A DNA stretch of 64,000 bases, taken from the NCBI GenBank assembly GCA_951406725.2, contig OX597830.1:8494001-8558000 (forward strand). The letters are read 5' to 3'. This document shows, one piece after another, positions 26,290-40,733 of the stretch. Position 1 is the first letter of the stretch; each line of letters starts with the position of its first letter. The notes under the pieces were generated by a model. That model was given only the letters and a program-made list of their open reading frames with translations, did not search any database and had not been told where the DNA came from. Position numbers and translations under genes: made by a program. Source of the stretch: Octopus vulgaris (lineage: Eukaryota).

Positions 26290-27052
26290 TGAGAGAGGGA
26301 GAGATAAATTACCTGTAATTTTTCAGGTAACATCTGCTCTAATTATGTCCCATATACACATAGACATATAAACACACACATACTAACATACTAACATGGG
26401 CACATATACCAGTTGCTTACACACACACGCACACACACACACACACTCAATCATTAATTCAGACAGTTTATAAGTTATTTTGTGCGCCATTAATACAATT
26501 AGTAACGTAATTAGAGAAAATTAGAGTATCAAGAATACTCCTCAAACATACACATGCATGTTTATATATGTGTGTATATGCGTGTGTCTGCAGATATGTC
26601 AATGTGTGGTATTAGGTTTATATATATGCATATTTATATATATATGTTTATATATATGTATATACAATTGCATACTTACATATGTGTATATATATTTATA
26701 TAGTTATATATGTATTGAGTATATATATATGTGTGTGTGTGTATATATACAGTTATATATGTATAATGTATATATATGTATGTGTGTGTATATGTATATA
26801 TACATGTATATGTATATACATAGTCATACGTACATACATGCTTGCAAACACACAAATTACACTACACTATATACACACACGAACACACACACATATATAT
26901 TCTTATCCGTATATACGTGTACATACATACGTTCAGATTGATATCCATGCATACATATCTACAATATATTTCAATAAGCTCATGAAATTTTATGTATATA
27001 TGTACATATATGCGCCTTCTGAGTATGTGTGCTTGTGTGTGTGTGTGTGTGC

Positions 27053-27103
<51 letters not shown>

Positions 27104-27469
27104 CCTTTGCGAGAAAACTCCCTCGATACTAGACGTGGATGTGTTAGTAAAGACTGCAACCTGTAAATTAAAAAATGAATAAACCAAAGCAATTTAATAT
27201 CCTCGGTGAATCATTATATTCTTCAAGCTGATATTTCATAATTAAAAATAATTAATTGGTGTCTTCTGCTTGATATTTCTGCTCATTGATAACACCGTAT
27301 CGGACTCGTAATCTAGCCTCGATCCTTGAAAAGTTTGTTATATAAACAAGTTAATAGATCTATTGGTGGTATCGAACTGAGGCTCGCATAGTTACGAATC
27401 AAGCAGTTTAACGACCCGGTCAAGTTTCCTTTTTCTTCCTTCAACATTGAAGAGCTTATAAAGGTGTCA

Positions 27470-27850
27470 ATCTGGCAGAATCGTTAGCACGCCGGGCGAA
27501 ATGTGTAGCCGTTCTGAGTTCAAATTCCGCCAAGGTCAACTTTACCTTTCATCCTTTCGGGGTCGATAAATTAAGTACCAGTTACGCACTGGGGTCGATG
27601 TAATCGTCTTAATCCGTTTGTCTGTTCTTGTTTGTCTCCTCTGTGTTTAGCCCCTTGTGGGTAGTAAAGAAATTAGGTAGTAAAGAAATAGGTATTTCGT
27701 CTGCCGTTACGTTCTGAGTTCAAATTCCGGCGATGTCGACTTTGCTTTTCATCCTTTTGGGGTCGATAAGTACCAGTTGCGTACTGGGGTTGATGTAATC
27801 GACTTGACCCCCTCCCCCAAAATTTCGGGCCTTGTGCCTAAAGTAGAAAA
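27470..27850 (+). mobile_element. Family A SINE dimer with two different 3' tails
   Basis: First unit ends ...CCCCTTGTGGGTAGTAAAGAAAT, second ends ...GGGCCTTGTGCCTAAAGTAGAAA; same dimer at 37265-37662 and 45443-45813 (minus). Confidence 0.8.
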
Positions 27851-28330
27851 AAAAGCATTGGAGAGTTAGTTTATCAATCTGTGATATCGAACTGACAGCT
27901 TTGTAGTTACGAACCGTGTTGTTTAACCACCCGGTCACGTCTCTTTTCTTCTTCGTTCAACATTGAAGAGTTTATTAAGTAAACAAGTTAATAGATTTTT
28001 CAGTCGTGAACCGAAGCAGAGAAGTATTAACGCATTAATGAGCAGCCGTACCACCGAATAAACATACTTACCTGTGGGGAGTGTGCGTGTATATGTGCAC
28101 GCGTGTCTGTATCTTTGCGTGCGTGCGTGTGTGTGTGTGTGTGTGTGCGTACGTGTGTGCGCACGTGTGTACGTGTGTGCGCACGTATATATATATATAT
28201 ATATATATACATATATATACGTGCATGTGTGTGACCGTATATACGCGTGTGTGTGTATGTGTGTGTAAAAGTATATATGTATGTATGTATGTATACATCT
28301 TCTGTCTCTGTCTCTGTTCTCTCTCTCTAA

Positions 28331-28420
<90 letters not shown>

Positions 28421-28428
28421 ATACATAC

Positions 28429-28486
<58 letters not shown>

Positions 28487-28499
28487 CATACATATATAT

Positions 28500-28546
<47 letters not shown>

Positions 28547-28676
28547 TACATACATACATATAATATATATACAAGTATGTATGCAAACCTATATGTGTAT
28601 TTATGTACATGTATATGTTTAGATAGACGATAGACATAGATACATGTATTGTATATGTATATATTCACACCTACAA

Positions 28677-28714
<38 letters not shown>

Positions 28715-30644
28715 ACACACACATACGCATACTTACAGACACAATCCTTTCCACACATACACACGTCTCAAACCGGGGGTTTACATTTTTATATGTCTCA
28801 TTGACGACACAAGGCTCTCTTTGTCCTGCTCTTTTTTATCGGCTGACAGCCCCCCACCCCGCTCCTCTTTGCAAACAAAGCACACACATAAACAACAACA
28901 ACAACAGCAACAATAACACAGATGACAATAACACATACAACAATATCAAGACGATCTGTAAACAGTAACAAGAACAATAATTTAAATACCAATTCGGTAA
29001 AGCTAGCCATGTCGGTGTGACAAAGAATGTGTGTTATTTGCTTGTATATATATTTATATACACCCACCTTTTGTCTATTGTCATAGCTGTCGGACGGAGT
29101 ATTGTAGAATAAGAGGTAAGGTCTCGCCGTGACCATCCCTCTCGATACGCTGTGGGATATGCTTTATTTCACAGACGCTGGCTGTTTGAGGAGGGGAAAG
29201 ACAAAATGGTGGATGATCCATGATCGTCAAGACTTCGGGTTTTTTAAAGCTGGTGGTTTTAATGGCGGGAAGGTTATTGAGATGTGGGTTTAACACCGAC
29301 TATTACCCCCACCACCACCACCACCACCACCACCACCACCACCACCACCACCACCACCGTCACCAGCACTGCCAACTACAACAACAATAATAGCACCACC
29401 ACCACTAACAACAACAACAAAACCACCACAACTATCATCAGCACCACCACTGCCACCCGACAACGACGACCGCAATCACCACCACCTAGACCCCCCAGAC
29501 CACCGCCACCACCAAGACCACTGCCACCATCACCACCACCAAGACCACTGCCACCATCACCACTGCTGCCACCAACACCACCATCCCCATCACTACTACC
29601 GTCACAACCATCGTCACCGCCACATTTACTACCACTACCAACATAACTACCATCGCCACTACCACATCTACGACCACCGTTACCACTAACACCACCACCA
29701 CCGCCGCCACATCCATCATTACGACCAATACCAATACAACTATCATCATCACCACCACCATCACTTTCACCACCACCACCACCAAAACAACCACCAACAT
29801 ATCCATCATCACGACCACCATGGCCACCACAACGATGACGAAGACAACCACCACCACCACCACTGTCCTCACAATTAATACCTGAAGACCATCCCTATCC
29901 ACTGTTCTCTCTCCACTGACGGTGTCCATCTAAACATTAACCTAATGATGTTCAAGGTTGCCGTCATGACCCCGCACCCCACCTCCATCTTGCATCAACC
30001 CCCACCCATTCACTCTTTTCTGTTTTATATCATCCATGATTTGAGTTCAAATTTTACGTAGATTGGAAAGATTTAATTAACCATTTCGACGTACCACGCG
30101 TACCTTTCGAAGAATACTTTGGCCACCATAGGTAATGCCAAGAAACATGGCACTCATGCAGGGAGCAGGCGTGGATGTGTGGTAAGAAGTGTGTTATTAT
30201 TAAAGCGGCGAGCTGGCAGAAACGTTAGCACGCCGGGTGAAATGCTTAGTGGTATTTCGTCTGCCGTTACGTTCTGAGTTCAAATTCCGCCGAGGTCCTC
30301 TTTGCCTTTCATCCTTTCGGGGTAACATACTTTTTTACGAAGGCAAAGAGAAAAACAATGAATCAACACGTAAAAAAGCATGTTACTTTTCTTAGAGATT
30401 CTTACAGTAGTAGAAAAGGAATTTTTAACTGCTATTTCTAAATTCGGTATGTGGTGAAGCAATTAGCTGAACCCTAATTATAATTATGTTTACAATTATA
30501 AAATATTGGTATAATTTTACCTATAAAGCTTATTTTAACGTACTGATCTACTTGGTGAAATTATTAATTAATTCATTGATTAATTAATTAATTTAATTGA
30601 TAAATTTTACCCTTTTATTATTAATTTAAAATTATATACATATA

Positions 30645-30710
<66 letters not shown>

Positions 30711-30713
<3 letters not shown>

Positions 30714-30938
30714 TTGAAATCATCAGAAAATGTAGAAAACTTTAGATCAACAGACGAATGAATTGGACCACATCTGTAGCTTATTATTTAATACAAAACA
30801 TGACGTAACGTAATATTTATGTGACGTCACATAAATCTTATGTTACGCCGTTTTGTATAAAATAATAAGCTACAGATGTGGTCCAATTCATTCGTCTGTT
30901 GATCTAAAGTTTTCTACATTTTCTGATTATTTCAACTT
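30711..30938. repeat. Loopless palindrome (~114-bp arms) centred on GTGACGTCAC
   Basis: Reverse-complement arms with a few mismatches near the centre; abuts (TA)n. Confidence 0.9.
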
Positions 30939-31096
30939 GATTCCTGATAAACTTTTGTTTATTCTGTTGTTACCTGTACTCTACGAGCATAGGGTGCGTG
31001 CATATCCATGCCCAGAGATAACACGGGTTACTGATGCCGATAGTAAATACTACGGGTATTTTATTCCATAGTCGGTTACTATAACCGCTAACTCTG

Positions 31097-31167
<71 letters not shown>

Positions 31168-31179
31168 CACGTATGTATG

Positions 31180-31298
<119 letters not shown>

Positions 31299-31482
31299 AT
31301 ATATATGTATATATATTACGGAGATGTACTTGCATAGCAAGTGATTTGATCTGAGATCGTGTGCTGGAACGAAAACAATTGCAGCGTGGAAGGTGTTTGT
31401 AAGCCATTTAAGAAACACACAAAAGCCGTTCGGTTCACTTCAACATTTAAGTTTAATTTGTCAAAAATTGTCACATATATAA

Positions 31483-31585
31483 AATATGTGACAATTATTC
31501 GGTAGCCATGATAAAACTCCGAGTTTCGGATGTCGGGGCGGAAACTCGGAGTTTTATCATGGCTACCGAATAACTGTCACATATT
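31483..31585. repeat. Hairpin with ~45-bp arms
   Basis: Arms contain GAAA-ctcggag, resembling the 3' half of an HHR. Confidence 0.85.
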
Positions 31586-32065
31586 ATATTTACAGATAAA
31601 TTCCTTTATTTACATAATATCGATGTCTCTTTCATTCCAACTCCAACCAGGCCTTTCGCGACATCCCTAAAACTGGGAGCTTTTCAGCATATAATAGTGT
31701 GTTATCTGTCATATGATGTGTAATTTAAAAAGTACACTTTTGCTGCCCTGAGTAGCATCAGAAAATATGGCATACATAAAAATAATTACGTTTTAACTTT
31801 TATCAAATACATTTCTTGGTGCTTATACAAAATCAAATTAATGAGTATTTTTAAAAGAAAAATATTTATTACCTTAAAATGAAATGAAACGAATTTCTCA
31901 TTTGCATATTTGCAATAAATAGATGATATGTTAACATAACCACAATCTACTCTATCGAAAGCCTATTTCTGCAAAATTTCATTTTAAAAAATTGCGTATT
32001 TTTCAGAAATTTTAAAGGATACTCATCCAGCACCTCTTATATTAGCTCTTTGTGTAGGTCCCTTT

Positions 32066-32104
<39 letters not shown>

Positions 32105-32419
32105 TCTTTACGATGTTAAGCATGACTGGAATAGTCCAGCCATTATTAAATTGAGATTTTTGTTGTCACTTTCAGAACCCAAACGCACTCTTTACATAGT
32201 TTAACACCTAAGTGGACTTGGCCATTGAATGTTTAAGTGTCTTGAATCGATATCAATATTTCAAATGACGGTGATCTGATTAGAAACCTCAACCATTTGG
32301 TCTTTAGCTTACCTCTCCGTTCACAAAGTCAACCATAAACTAGCATCATGCAAAAGAGAGAATTGCAGATATAAATATAATTCGAAGGGGGCTGGTCAAG
32401 ATGGCAGAAAGCATTGGCA

Positions 32420-32930
32420 CGTAAAATCTCGTAAAATCTCATAGATTGAGCTTTAGATAGCGGAGCCCCGTCGAGCAAGACGAAATCCTTGATTCAGGCA
32501 GTTTACGACGTTCTATCGAGGCCATCCATCTTGTTCTACTGCGGAAAGTTGGAGTGACCAGCTATCTTCTTGTGTCTAAGGAAAGGGATACTGGGGCGCA
32601 TCATCGGTAGATCTCCAAAAGGCTGCTTCAGTCATAAGTATGACCAGGTCCCGAAAGTCATGGCAGACATCATCGCTTTTGTTAAGGCTGCTATGAAGAA
32701 GACACCAGCTGCCAGGTCCACTTCTCTGGGCCTACAAGAAATGGCAAAAGAGTGGGAACTGGAAGTCGGCCTAGAAAAGCAGCGGAACTTCCCAGAAACT
32801 GTCGCCTCAGCATTGTTATGGTGCTGATTTCCAAAGCATCCAAGAGCAGGTGATGGTTAGGATTCTGCATTCCTTTAAAAAAATATATATTAAGGTGAAT
32901 GAGAGGAAGAGAACGGAATACGAAATATGT
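32420..32930 (+). pseudogene. C-terminal fragment of an R2-group (HERO-like) non-LTR retrotransposon ORF
   Basis: Frame-shifted translation LIQAVYDVL...CLRKGILGRI...YDQVPKVMA..AFVKA...WELEVGLEKQRNFPETVA resembles the Zn-knuckle/REL region; clade assigned from memory. Confidence 0.6.
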
Positions 32931-33797
32931 GACGACGGCACCCTTACTGCTTCATAAGGCCCCCATGTCATAACACCTGTCTGTTTGTCTATCTATCTAT
33001 CTATCTATTATCAAGCTGAAGTAATTAATGGGACGTCACTATCTAAAGTAATTAAGATCAATATGATTGACTGAAGCGTTTAAGTTGATGCTCCAGTATG
33101 GCCTCTGCACACCATCACCACCACCAACAACACCACAGCCACTACCTGCACCACTATTTATACTACTACCTGTACTAGAGTCATCACCACAAAGAACAGC
33201 AGCAGCACCACCGCCACTACCACCATCACCACCGCCACTACCACCATCACCATCGCCACCACCATTACTTCAACTATCATCACCTACACCACCACCGCAA
33301 CTACTATTTCTTCTCCCTCAACAACAACAACACCATCATTACTGAAAGTACTACCCCCCCCCCCATCACTGCTACATCCTTCTCCACACCAGAGTAGCGT
33401 CGACAGCAACCCCGCCCCCGCCCCAATACCACCACCGCTATCATTACGGCACCTACCCACCACCACCATCATTACTAGTTCCAACCCCTTACCCCCCCAG
33501 TACCGTCGACACCACCACTAGCCATCCACCCGTATATCCATCCCTTCCCCACTCCTAGTCATCTGTAACTCACTGACAAGTTGGCGACGCCACAAACCTT
33601 AATAATTCCATTGAGGTCCGTCTGTGTGTGTGTGTGTGTGTGTGTGAGCATTGTGCATGTGTATATGTGTTTGTGTGTGTGTGCTGAAGTGACCGTTTAC
33701 ATACTGTTTACCGTACATTTCGCACACCACACTCTTATGTACATATACATATATGCATGTATATACGTATATATACATTATATATATATATATGTAT

Positions 33798-33837
<40 letters not shown>

Positions 33838-34211
33838 TTTAGAAAAAGATGCAAATATAGATATATTCTTTTTTTCTTTTACTTGTTTCAGTCGAGCAAA
33901 TCGACCCCAGGACTTATTTTCTTTTGCCGAACCGCTAAGTTACGAGGACGTAAACATACCAACATTAGTTGGGGGGGGGGGAGGCACAGACACACACACA
34001 CATATAAATATACGACGGGCTTCTTTCAGTTTCCGTCTACCACATCCACTCATAAGGCCCGAGGCTATAGTAAAAGACACTTGCCCAAGTGGGACTGAAC
34101 CCGGAACCATGTGGTTGGCAAGCAAGCTACTTACCATACAGCCACACCTGCGCCTATATACACTCACTCCTATATACATACATACATACATACATACATA
34201 CATACATACAT

Positions 34212-34262
<51 letters not shown>

Positions 34263-34380
34263 AATCAAGGAACGGCCATAATAGGCCATTCACCCACTAG
34301 AAATAACAGCCAAAAGCTTTAACCGCAAAATAACATTAATTCCGTAAGCCAGGAGAAAATTGAAAAACATTTACCCTGTA

Positions 34381-34487
34381 ATTTCTTAGACGATGCACCG
34401 TTTCATCTACCGTTTAATGGTAAACTAACCTGATTAAATTAAATCAAGCCAATCCACCATAGGCCCTTAGACTCATCAGTAAGAAAT
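34381..34487 (-). ncRNA. Type I HHR, intact, array copy 1
   Basis: atttctta-CTGATGA-gtcta...tagat-GAAA-cggtgcatcg-TC-taagaaat; 8-bp stem I, GUC site. Confidence 0.9.
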
Positions 34488-34869
34488 AGCCAAGTCGGAA
34501 CAGATATTTTTCACGAGGCATTCCTCTTGCTACCTCGGCAATATCTGACCTAAAATTTTCAAATCGTAGCACTCGCGCCAAATTTATCGGCAGCAAATAA
34601 ATATAAGCCACCGATTCCATTACGGAACTAACCAGAAAATTCATAATTAATCAATATAGGGTGGCAAAAAATTTTGTAGAATTCTTTTGCCACCAGCGGC
34701 CTAGTGGGAAAAAATTAAATAGTCATAAACCATTTTTAAGTTCAACATCACAATCAAGGAACGGCCATAATAGGCCATTCACCCACTAGAAATAACAGCC
34801 AAAAGCTTTAACCGCAAAATAACATTAATTCCGTAAGCCAGGAGAAAATTGAAAAACATTTACCCTGTA

Positions 34870-34976
34870 ATTTCTTAGACGATGCACCGTTTCATCTACC
34901 GTTTAATGGTAAACTAACCTGATTAAATTAAATCAAGCCAATCCACCATAGGCCCTTAGACTCATCAGTAAGAAAT
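34870..34976 (-). ncRNA. Type I HHR, intact, array copy 2
   Basis: Identical to copy 1. Confidence 0.9.
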
Positions 34977-35359
34977 AGCCAAGTCGGAACAGATATTTTT
35001 CACGAGGCATTCCTCTTGCTACCTCGGCAATATCTGACCTAAAATTTTCAAATCGTAGCACTCGCGCCAAATTTATCGGCAGCAAATAAATATAAGCCAC
35101 CGATTCCATTACGGAACTAACCAGAAAATTCATAATTAATCAATATAGGGTGGCAAAAAAATTTTGTAGAATTCTTTTGCCACCAGCGGCCTAGTGGGAA
35201 AAAATTAAATAGTCATAAACCATTTTTAAGTTCAACATCACAATCAAGGAACGGCCATAATAGGCCATTCACCCACTAGAAATAACAGCCAAAAGCTTTA
35301 ACCGCAAAATAACATTAATTCCGTAAGCCAGGAGAAAATTGAAAAACATTTACCCTGTA

Positions 35360-35466
35360 ATTTCTTAGACGATGCACCGTTTCATCTACCGTTTAATGGT
35401 AAACTAACCTGATTAAATTAAATCAAGCCAATCCACCATAGGCCCTTAGACTCATCAGTAAGAAAT
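35360..35466 (-). ncRNA. Type I HHR, intact, array copy 3
   Basis: Identical to copy 1. Confidence 0.9.
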
Positions 35467-35552
35467 AGCCAAGTCGGAACAGATATTTTTCACGAGGCAT
35501 TCCTCTTGCTACCTCGGCAATATCTGACCTAAAATATTCTTCCTATATTGAT

Positions 35553-35600
<48 letters not shown>

Positions 35601-37163
35601 CACACATAAATACATACAGTTATATATATGTATCTATATGTACGTTAGTGTGCATACAACATACATGCATACTCGTACACATATAGATATATATGTGTAT
35701 GCATATATCTTTGTACATACAATAGACAGAGTCACGTTGTCATCTGGCTTGCTTACAACTCACACTGAAGCAGTCCTGCGCATGTGCGTTTATATAAACA
35801 ACTGTATATACATATATGTGTGTTTGTATATATGTGTGTATGTGTGTGTGTGTGTGTGCTAGTAAATATGTATGTCTAAGGGTATGTACCTACGCACTAT
35901 ATATACAGAGAAGAAAATATATATATATATGTTTACATACATGTGTGTGTGCGTGTGTGTGTGTATGTGCATAGATTCACCTTTGATGTATTCCTTCTAT
36001 TTCGAATATTTATGAAAGCTTTTTTGCTCTCTCTTCTTTTTATTCATTACTCATTATTCATCATTCTTATGTTTTGTCTTATATCCTGTAGTTGTTGTTG
36101 GTACTTTAGTTTTATTTGTTGTTTTTCTCTCGCTCGTTTGATTGATTTATATATCTTTGCCTTCCTTTACACACACGCATACGGACACACGAAAACAGTC
36201 AGACACACACACACAAGAAAACACATACTCATACAGATAGAAATCCATGTGTAAGTGTGTTCAGTAAGTATATAATTATACCATACCATGGTTTCGTAGA
36301 GATACCTTAGTCTACAACGATGTTCCACAGCGGCAATTACAGTAACACAATACAAACTTAACTCCCTTGAAATATTCTGTCAATTTGAAAGAGTACTTTT
36401 CTATTTGCTCCAATCTCGTCAAGAGTGCCAGCGTTATTTTGGTCTCAGCACAAGGTTAAGCTGAAAAACACTAAACGAAATCGTTTGACCCCACTAAGAA
36501 TAGGAACCAAATCTCCCTCAATCGAACCAAATCGTTCCTTTTCCAACTTCACTGAAGATAGACATTTCCAGTAATAATGCCACCGAAGATCAAAGATACC
36601 AGAGAGCCAGTTTGGAACGCCATATTCGTAGGTCTGTTCAATCAGATTTGAATAATGGCCAAAGAAGAACAACAACAACGCCGACGACGACAATCTGCCA
36701 ATTTCAATGGTTTATATTCCCTCAACAGCCTCGTGTAACTTCTTCCTTTATAAATGTAAATGTGACCATCTCTTCAAGTTAGTTGCTCCTTTCCTTTATG
36801 CTTAGGATTCGTGCTCGGTTGAGTGTTGTCCAGCATCACAGCACAGTTGTCTGCCATAAGAACATATGCTGCGTTTCACAATCTTCTGACATAACATATT
36901 GTAGTTTAAACAGAGTTTTCTACAGTAAGACATATGTTCCTGCCCAGCAACACTAATCTATTATTTATAATTAACAACTGGTGTCTGTCTTAGTTGTTTT
37001 ATGTTTATCTTCACTGCTATGATATTATGATATCATCATTATTATGTAGAATCTTAAGCAACATGTTTAGTTTATTTGACTATGTTATTTATATTTAGTC
37101 AAAATTATACTTCGAATTAACAGAGGGATAACTCTGAATATAATCGGAGTATTAGCTGATGCC

Positions 37164-37211
37164 AGGCTCCACTGGCTCCACTGGCTCCACTGGCTCCACT
37201 GGCTCCACTGG
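37164..37211 (+). repeat. 10-bp tandem repeat (GGCTCCACT-type), ~5 copies
   Basis: Direct inspection. Confidence 0.85.
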
Positions 37212-38041
37212 TCGTCTGTCCAATACGTCTGGTAGATTTCATTAATTATGTTAAACTAAATAATCCTTTCTACTATAGGCACAAGGCCTGAAATTTGGGG
37301 AGAGTGGGGCCAGTGGATTATATCAATCCCAGTACACAACTGATACTTAATTTATCGGTCCCGAAAGGACGAAAGTCAAAGTCGACCTCGACGGAATTTG
37401 AACTCAGAACGTAAGGACAGACGAAATACTTATTTCTTTACTACCCACAAGGGGCTAAACATAGAGGGTACAAACAAGGACAGACAAATGGATTAAATTG
37501 ATTATATCGACACCAGTGCGTAACTGGTACTTAATTTATCAACCCCGAAAGGATGAAAGGCGAAGTCGACCTCGGCGGAATTTGAACTCGGAACGTATAG
37601 GCTGACGAAATACCACTTAGCATTTCGCCCGGCGTGTTAACGTTTCTGCCAGCTCGCCGCCTTAATGTTATACTAAATAATACCAAAATATGACTATAAG
37701 GTGAATATCTGATCGCTGTTGTGTCTTCGTCATCGGAAAAGACCTCCCCTCTTAAGTTGATGTGTCTTTATAACACTACAGAGTCACTTCCTTTTCTAAC
37801 AAACGCAATAAAATGAAGTCAATATCACTATGGCACCTATGGCACAATATGCCTCACTTCTTACGCAACTCTACTACTGTCTCACTTACACTCCTACTTC
37901 TTCTCCTCTTCTCCTTCCTCCTCCTCCCACCTCACCTCTCTCCCCTTCCCTTCTATGCATGCATACATACATACATATATGTAAACACGTGTGCATTTTC
38001 ACACGTTCATACGCATAACTATACACGCGCATTAAACCTGT

Positions 38042-38089
<48 letters not shown>

Positions 38090-38221
38090 CAAAGAATTCT
38101 CTCCTTGGTGTGCTGATATATACCTCTGTGGTTATACTCTTTCTGTAATGTGTGTGTGTGCGTCTGCCTGTGTGTGTATACACACATATATATACGTACA
38201 TCCACATTCGATACGTCTATT

Positions 38222-38255
<34 letters not shown>

Positions 38256-38267
38256 CGGGTGTGTATG

Positions 38268-38362
<95 letters not shown>

Positions 38363-38899
38363 TCACACGATTTGACTGACTTATTTACACAGAGACATCT
38401 ATCATTGTCTGCCACAAGAGTCGACTGTCCACGCCGCCATTGTCTCCAACGTTTGGCATGCATCTTACGGCAACCCCGTAGACAATATGCTGTCTGTCCA
38501 CTATCGAACATGTACACTGCCACCCGGCTTACACAGCTACCCGGGGTATTCTTTTACTGACACTTGCTACAATACCAGCCAAACTTAATATTTCTACAGC
38601 CACTCTCTCCCCAACCCTTGCCTTTATTACTTTCCTTCTTTTTTTCTTTCTCTCTCTCTTTCTTTCTTCTCTTTATGTTGTATTTATTTCTAGTGATTGA
38701 CAAAATCGTTAGAGCGTCTGACAAAACGCCATTGGGTAGTTCTACCAAACGGGTCTTTACGATCTAAGTTCATATCACGCCGGGGTCGACCTTGCTTTCT
38801 AGCCATCTAGGGTCTCTAGGATCTTTGTGGTTTTCGTCACTGTTTACAATTATCTTTTAAAAAATGTTTTAAGGTATCCTATACATTAGTGTATCAAAT

Positions 38900-39780
38900 A
38901 CAAATATCATATAGATGTAATTTTTGAGCTTTAAATCATCCATGTAAATGATATGATTTATATTTTTATCAAACATTTTATAGTCATATTGTACATCATC
39001 GAGCGAGGTATTAAAGCTTGACAAAAGAAGAGTGGTGATAAAGAGTTAGCTACCTTGGAAAATGCCACATGAAATTCTTACATCTCCAGCATTGAGAGAT
39101 TCATTGTCCCTGTTCAAAGTCAGTGTGGTCCTCCATGATCTCATACTTACAGACAAGACGTTTCGCAGAGTAGGAGCTATTTTATACATTTCTTTTGATG
39201 GGACAGACTTTAGTGTAACTGGTATTTTCCCTATCTTCCTGTAAAACATTTTTGGGCTTATTTTTGAACAAGTCCTTGAAGAATCTAACGCGCTTTTCAA
39301 ACCTTGCTATGTGAGCAGCTTTAGCACATACCTTTTGCTTGATAGTTGTTATGTTGGTATCGATGGTAAGTACAGGTTTTCATATATGTTCTTCGTTAAT
39401 TTTCGGGTTTTTGTTGGTTTGATAGTTTTGTCAAACTTAAGGGTTTTTTAAACATTCTATGTCAGACTTAAGTAGCTGAATTTGGTGTTGAATACACCAA
39501 GTAGGCTTTTTCTGCGAATGTTGTCGTTTTCTGATCTGTTCGCCACATAGAATCGTTGAGATTTTCGCGGATGCATAGTACAGGTGGTTGCGATCTGTAA
39601 TATCAGCATCATTAGCTGAAATTATATCCTTAAGAGCAAGGCAGATTTTACCAATTAATTTCAGGTTTTGGTTAGAATTGCGAATTTTTGGGAGAGTGTC
39701 ACGTTCATTCATACTGGTTTCTTTAATTTTCAGACATCTATTTTCATCTACCTTAGTGATTACGGTTGATTCAGAGAGTG
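38900..39780 (-). pseudogene. R4/Dong-like LINE fragment, N-terminal region plus RT, internally deleted
   Basis: WRTTLTL...GIFQGS*LLSPLL and IYMDDLK (38930-38949) RT motifs; 5' side abuts (TAA)n. Confidence 0.8.
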
Positions 39781-39802
39781 TATTATTATTATTATTATTA
39801 TC

Positions 39803-39861
<59 letters not shown>

Positions 39862-40702
39862 CGTTATTATTAAGGCGGTCAGATGGCAGAATCGTTAGCT
39901 CGCCGGACAAAATGCTTGGCGGCTTTTCGTCCGTCTTCATGTTCTGAGCTCAAATTCCGCCGAGGTCTACTTTGCCTTTCATCCTCTCGGAGTCGATAAA
40001 TTAAGTACCAGTGAAACACTGGGGTCGATGTGATCGACTAGTCCCCTCCCCCAAAATTTCAGGCCTTGTGTCTTTAGTAGAAAGGATTATTATTATTATT
40101 ATTATTATTATTAGATGGCGAGCTGGCAGAACCGTTAGCATGCCGGACAAAATGTTTAGCGCTATTTAGTCCGTCTTTAACATTTGATTTCAAATTCGGC
40201 CGAGGTTGTCTCTGTCTTTCATTTTTTCATAGCCGTTAAAATAAGTACCACTTGAGCATTGACGTCGATGTAATCGACCCCCCATCCCTTCAAAGCTGCT
40301 GTCAAAAATTAGAACCAATTATTATTATCGCTGCTGCTGTGGTTGATGCTATTTGAGTGTAAACAAGAAAAGTTGTAGGAAGTAACGTATTTTATCTTAT
40401 AAAATGTATCCCCTCTTATCCTCCATCTTCATAGACTTAGTTATTGTGTGTCTTTGTACGTGAATATTCCCATGATGGTAACTTCTGTCGAAAATTTAAT
40501 ATTCCAATAATGTTACGTATAATGATTACACGTCTTTGAAGATTTGAAGCTATATAGATTACAACATATAATAATTGTTAATGAAATGTACGTAAGATCT
40601 GATAACTAAGTTTCTGATAAACAATCTCGTGTTTTGTCTTTTCTCTCTCTCCTTCTTTGTTTATAAACACACACACACACACACACGCACACATCACGCA
40701 CA

Positions 40703-40733
<31 letters not shown>

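Larger units (their letters stand above)
34258..35535 (-). repeat. Tandem array of 489/490-bp units (2.6 copies), one HHR per unit; retrozyme-like
   Basis: Units start at 34258, 34747, 35237; only difference seen is a 1-nt poly-A indel; flanked by (TA)n. Confidence 0.9.

Noticed and set aside
34444-34644. 66-aa ORF repeated in the tandem units
   Set aside because: No recognisable domain; it spans the ribozyme core and recurs only because the unit is duplicated.
36700-36960. Possible decayed transposon coding fragment
   Set aside because: No motif I can identify with confidence.
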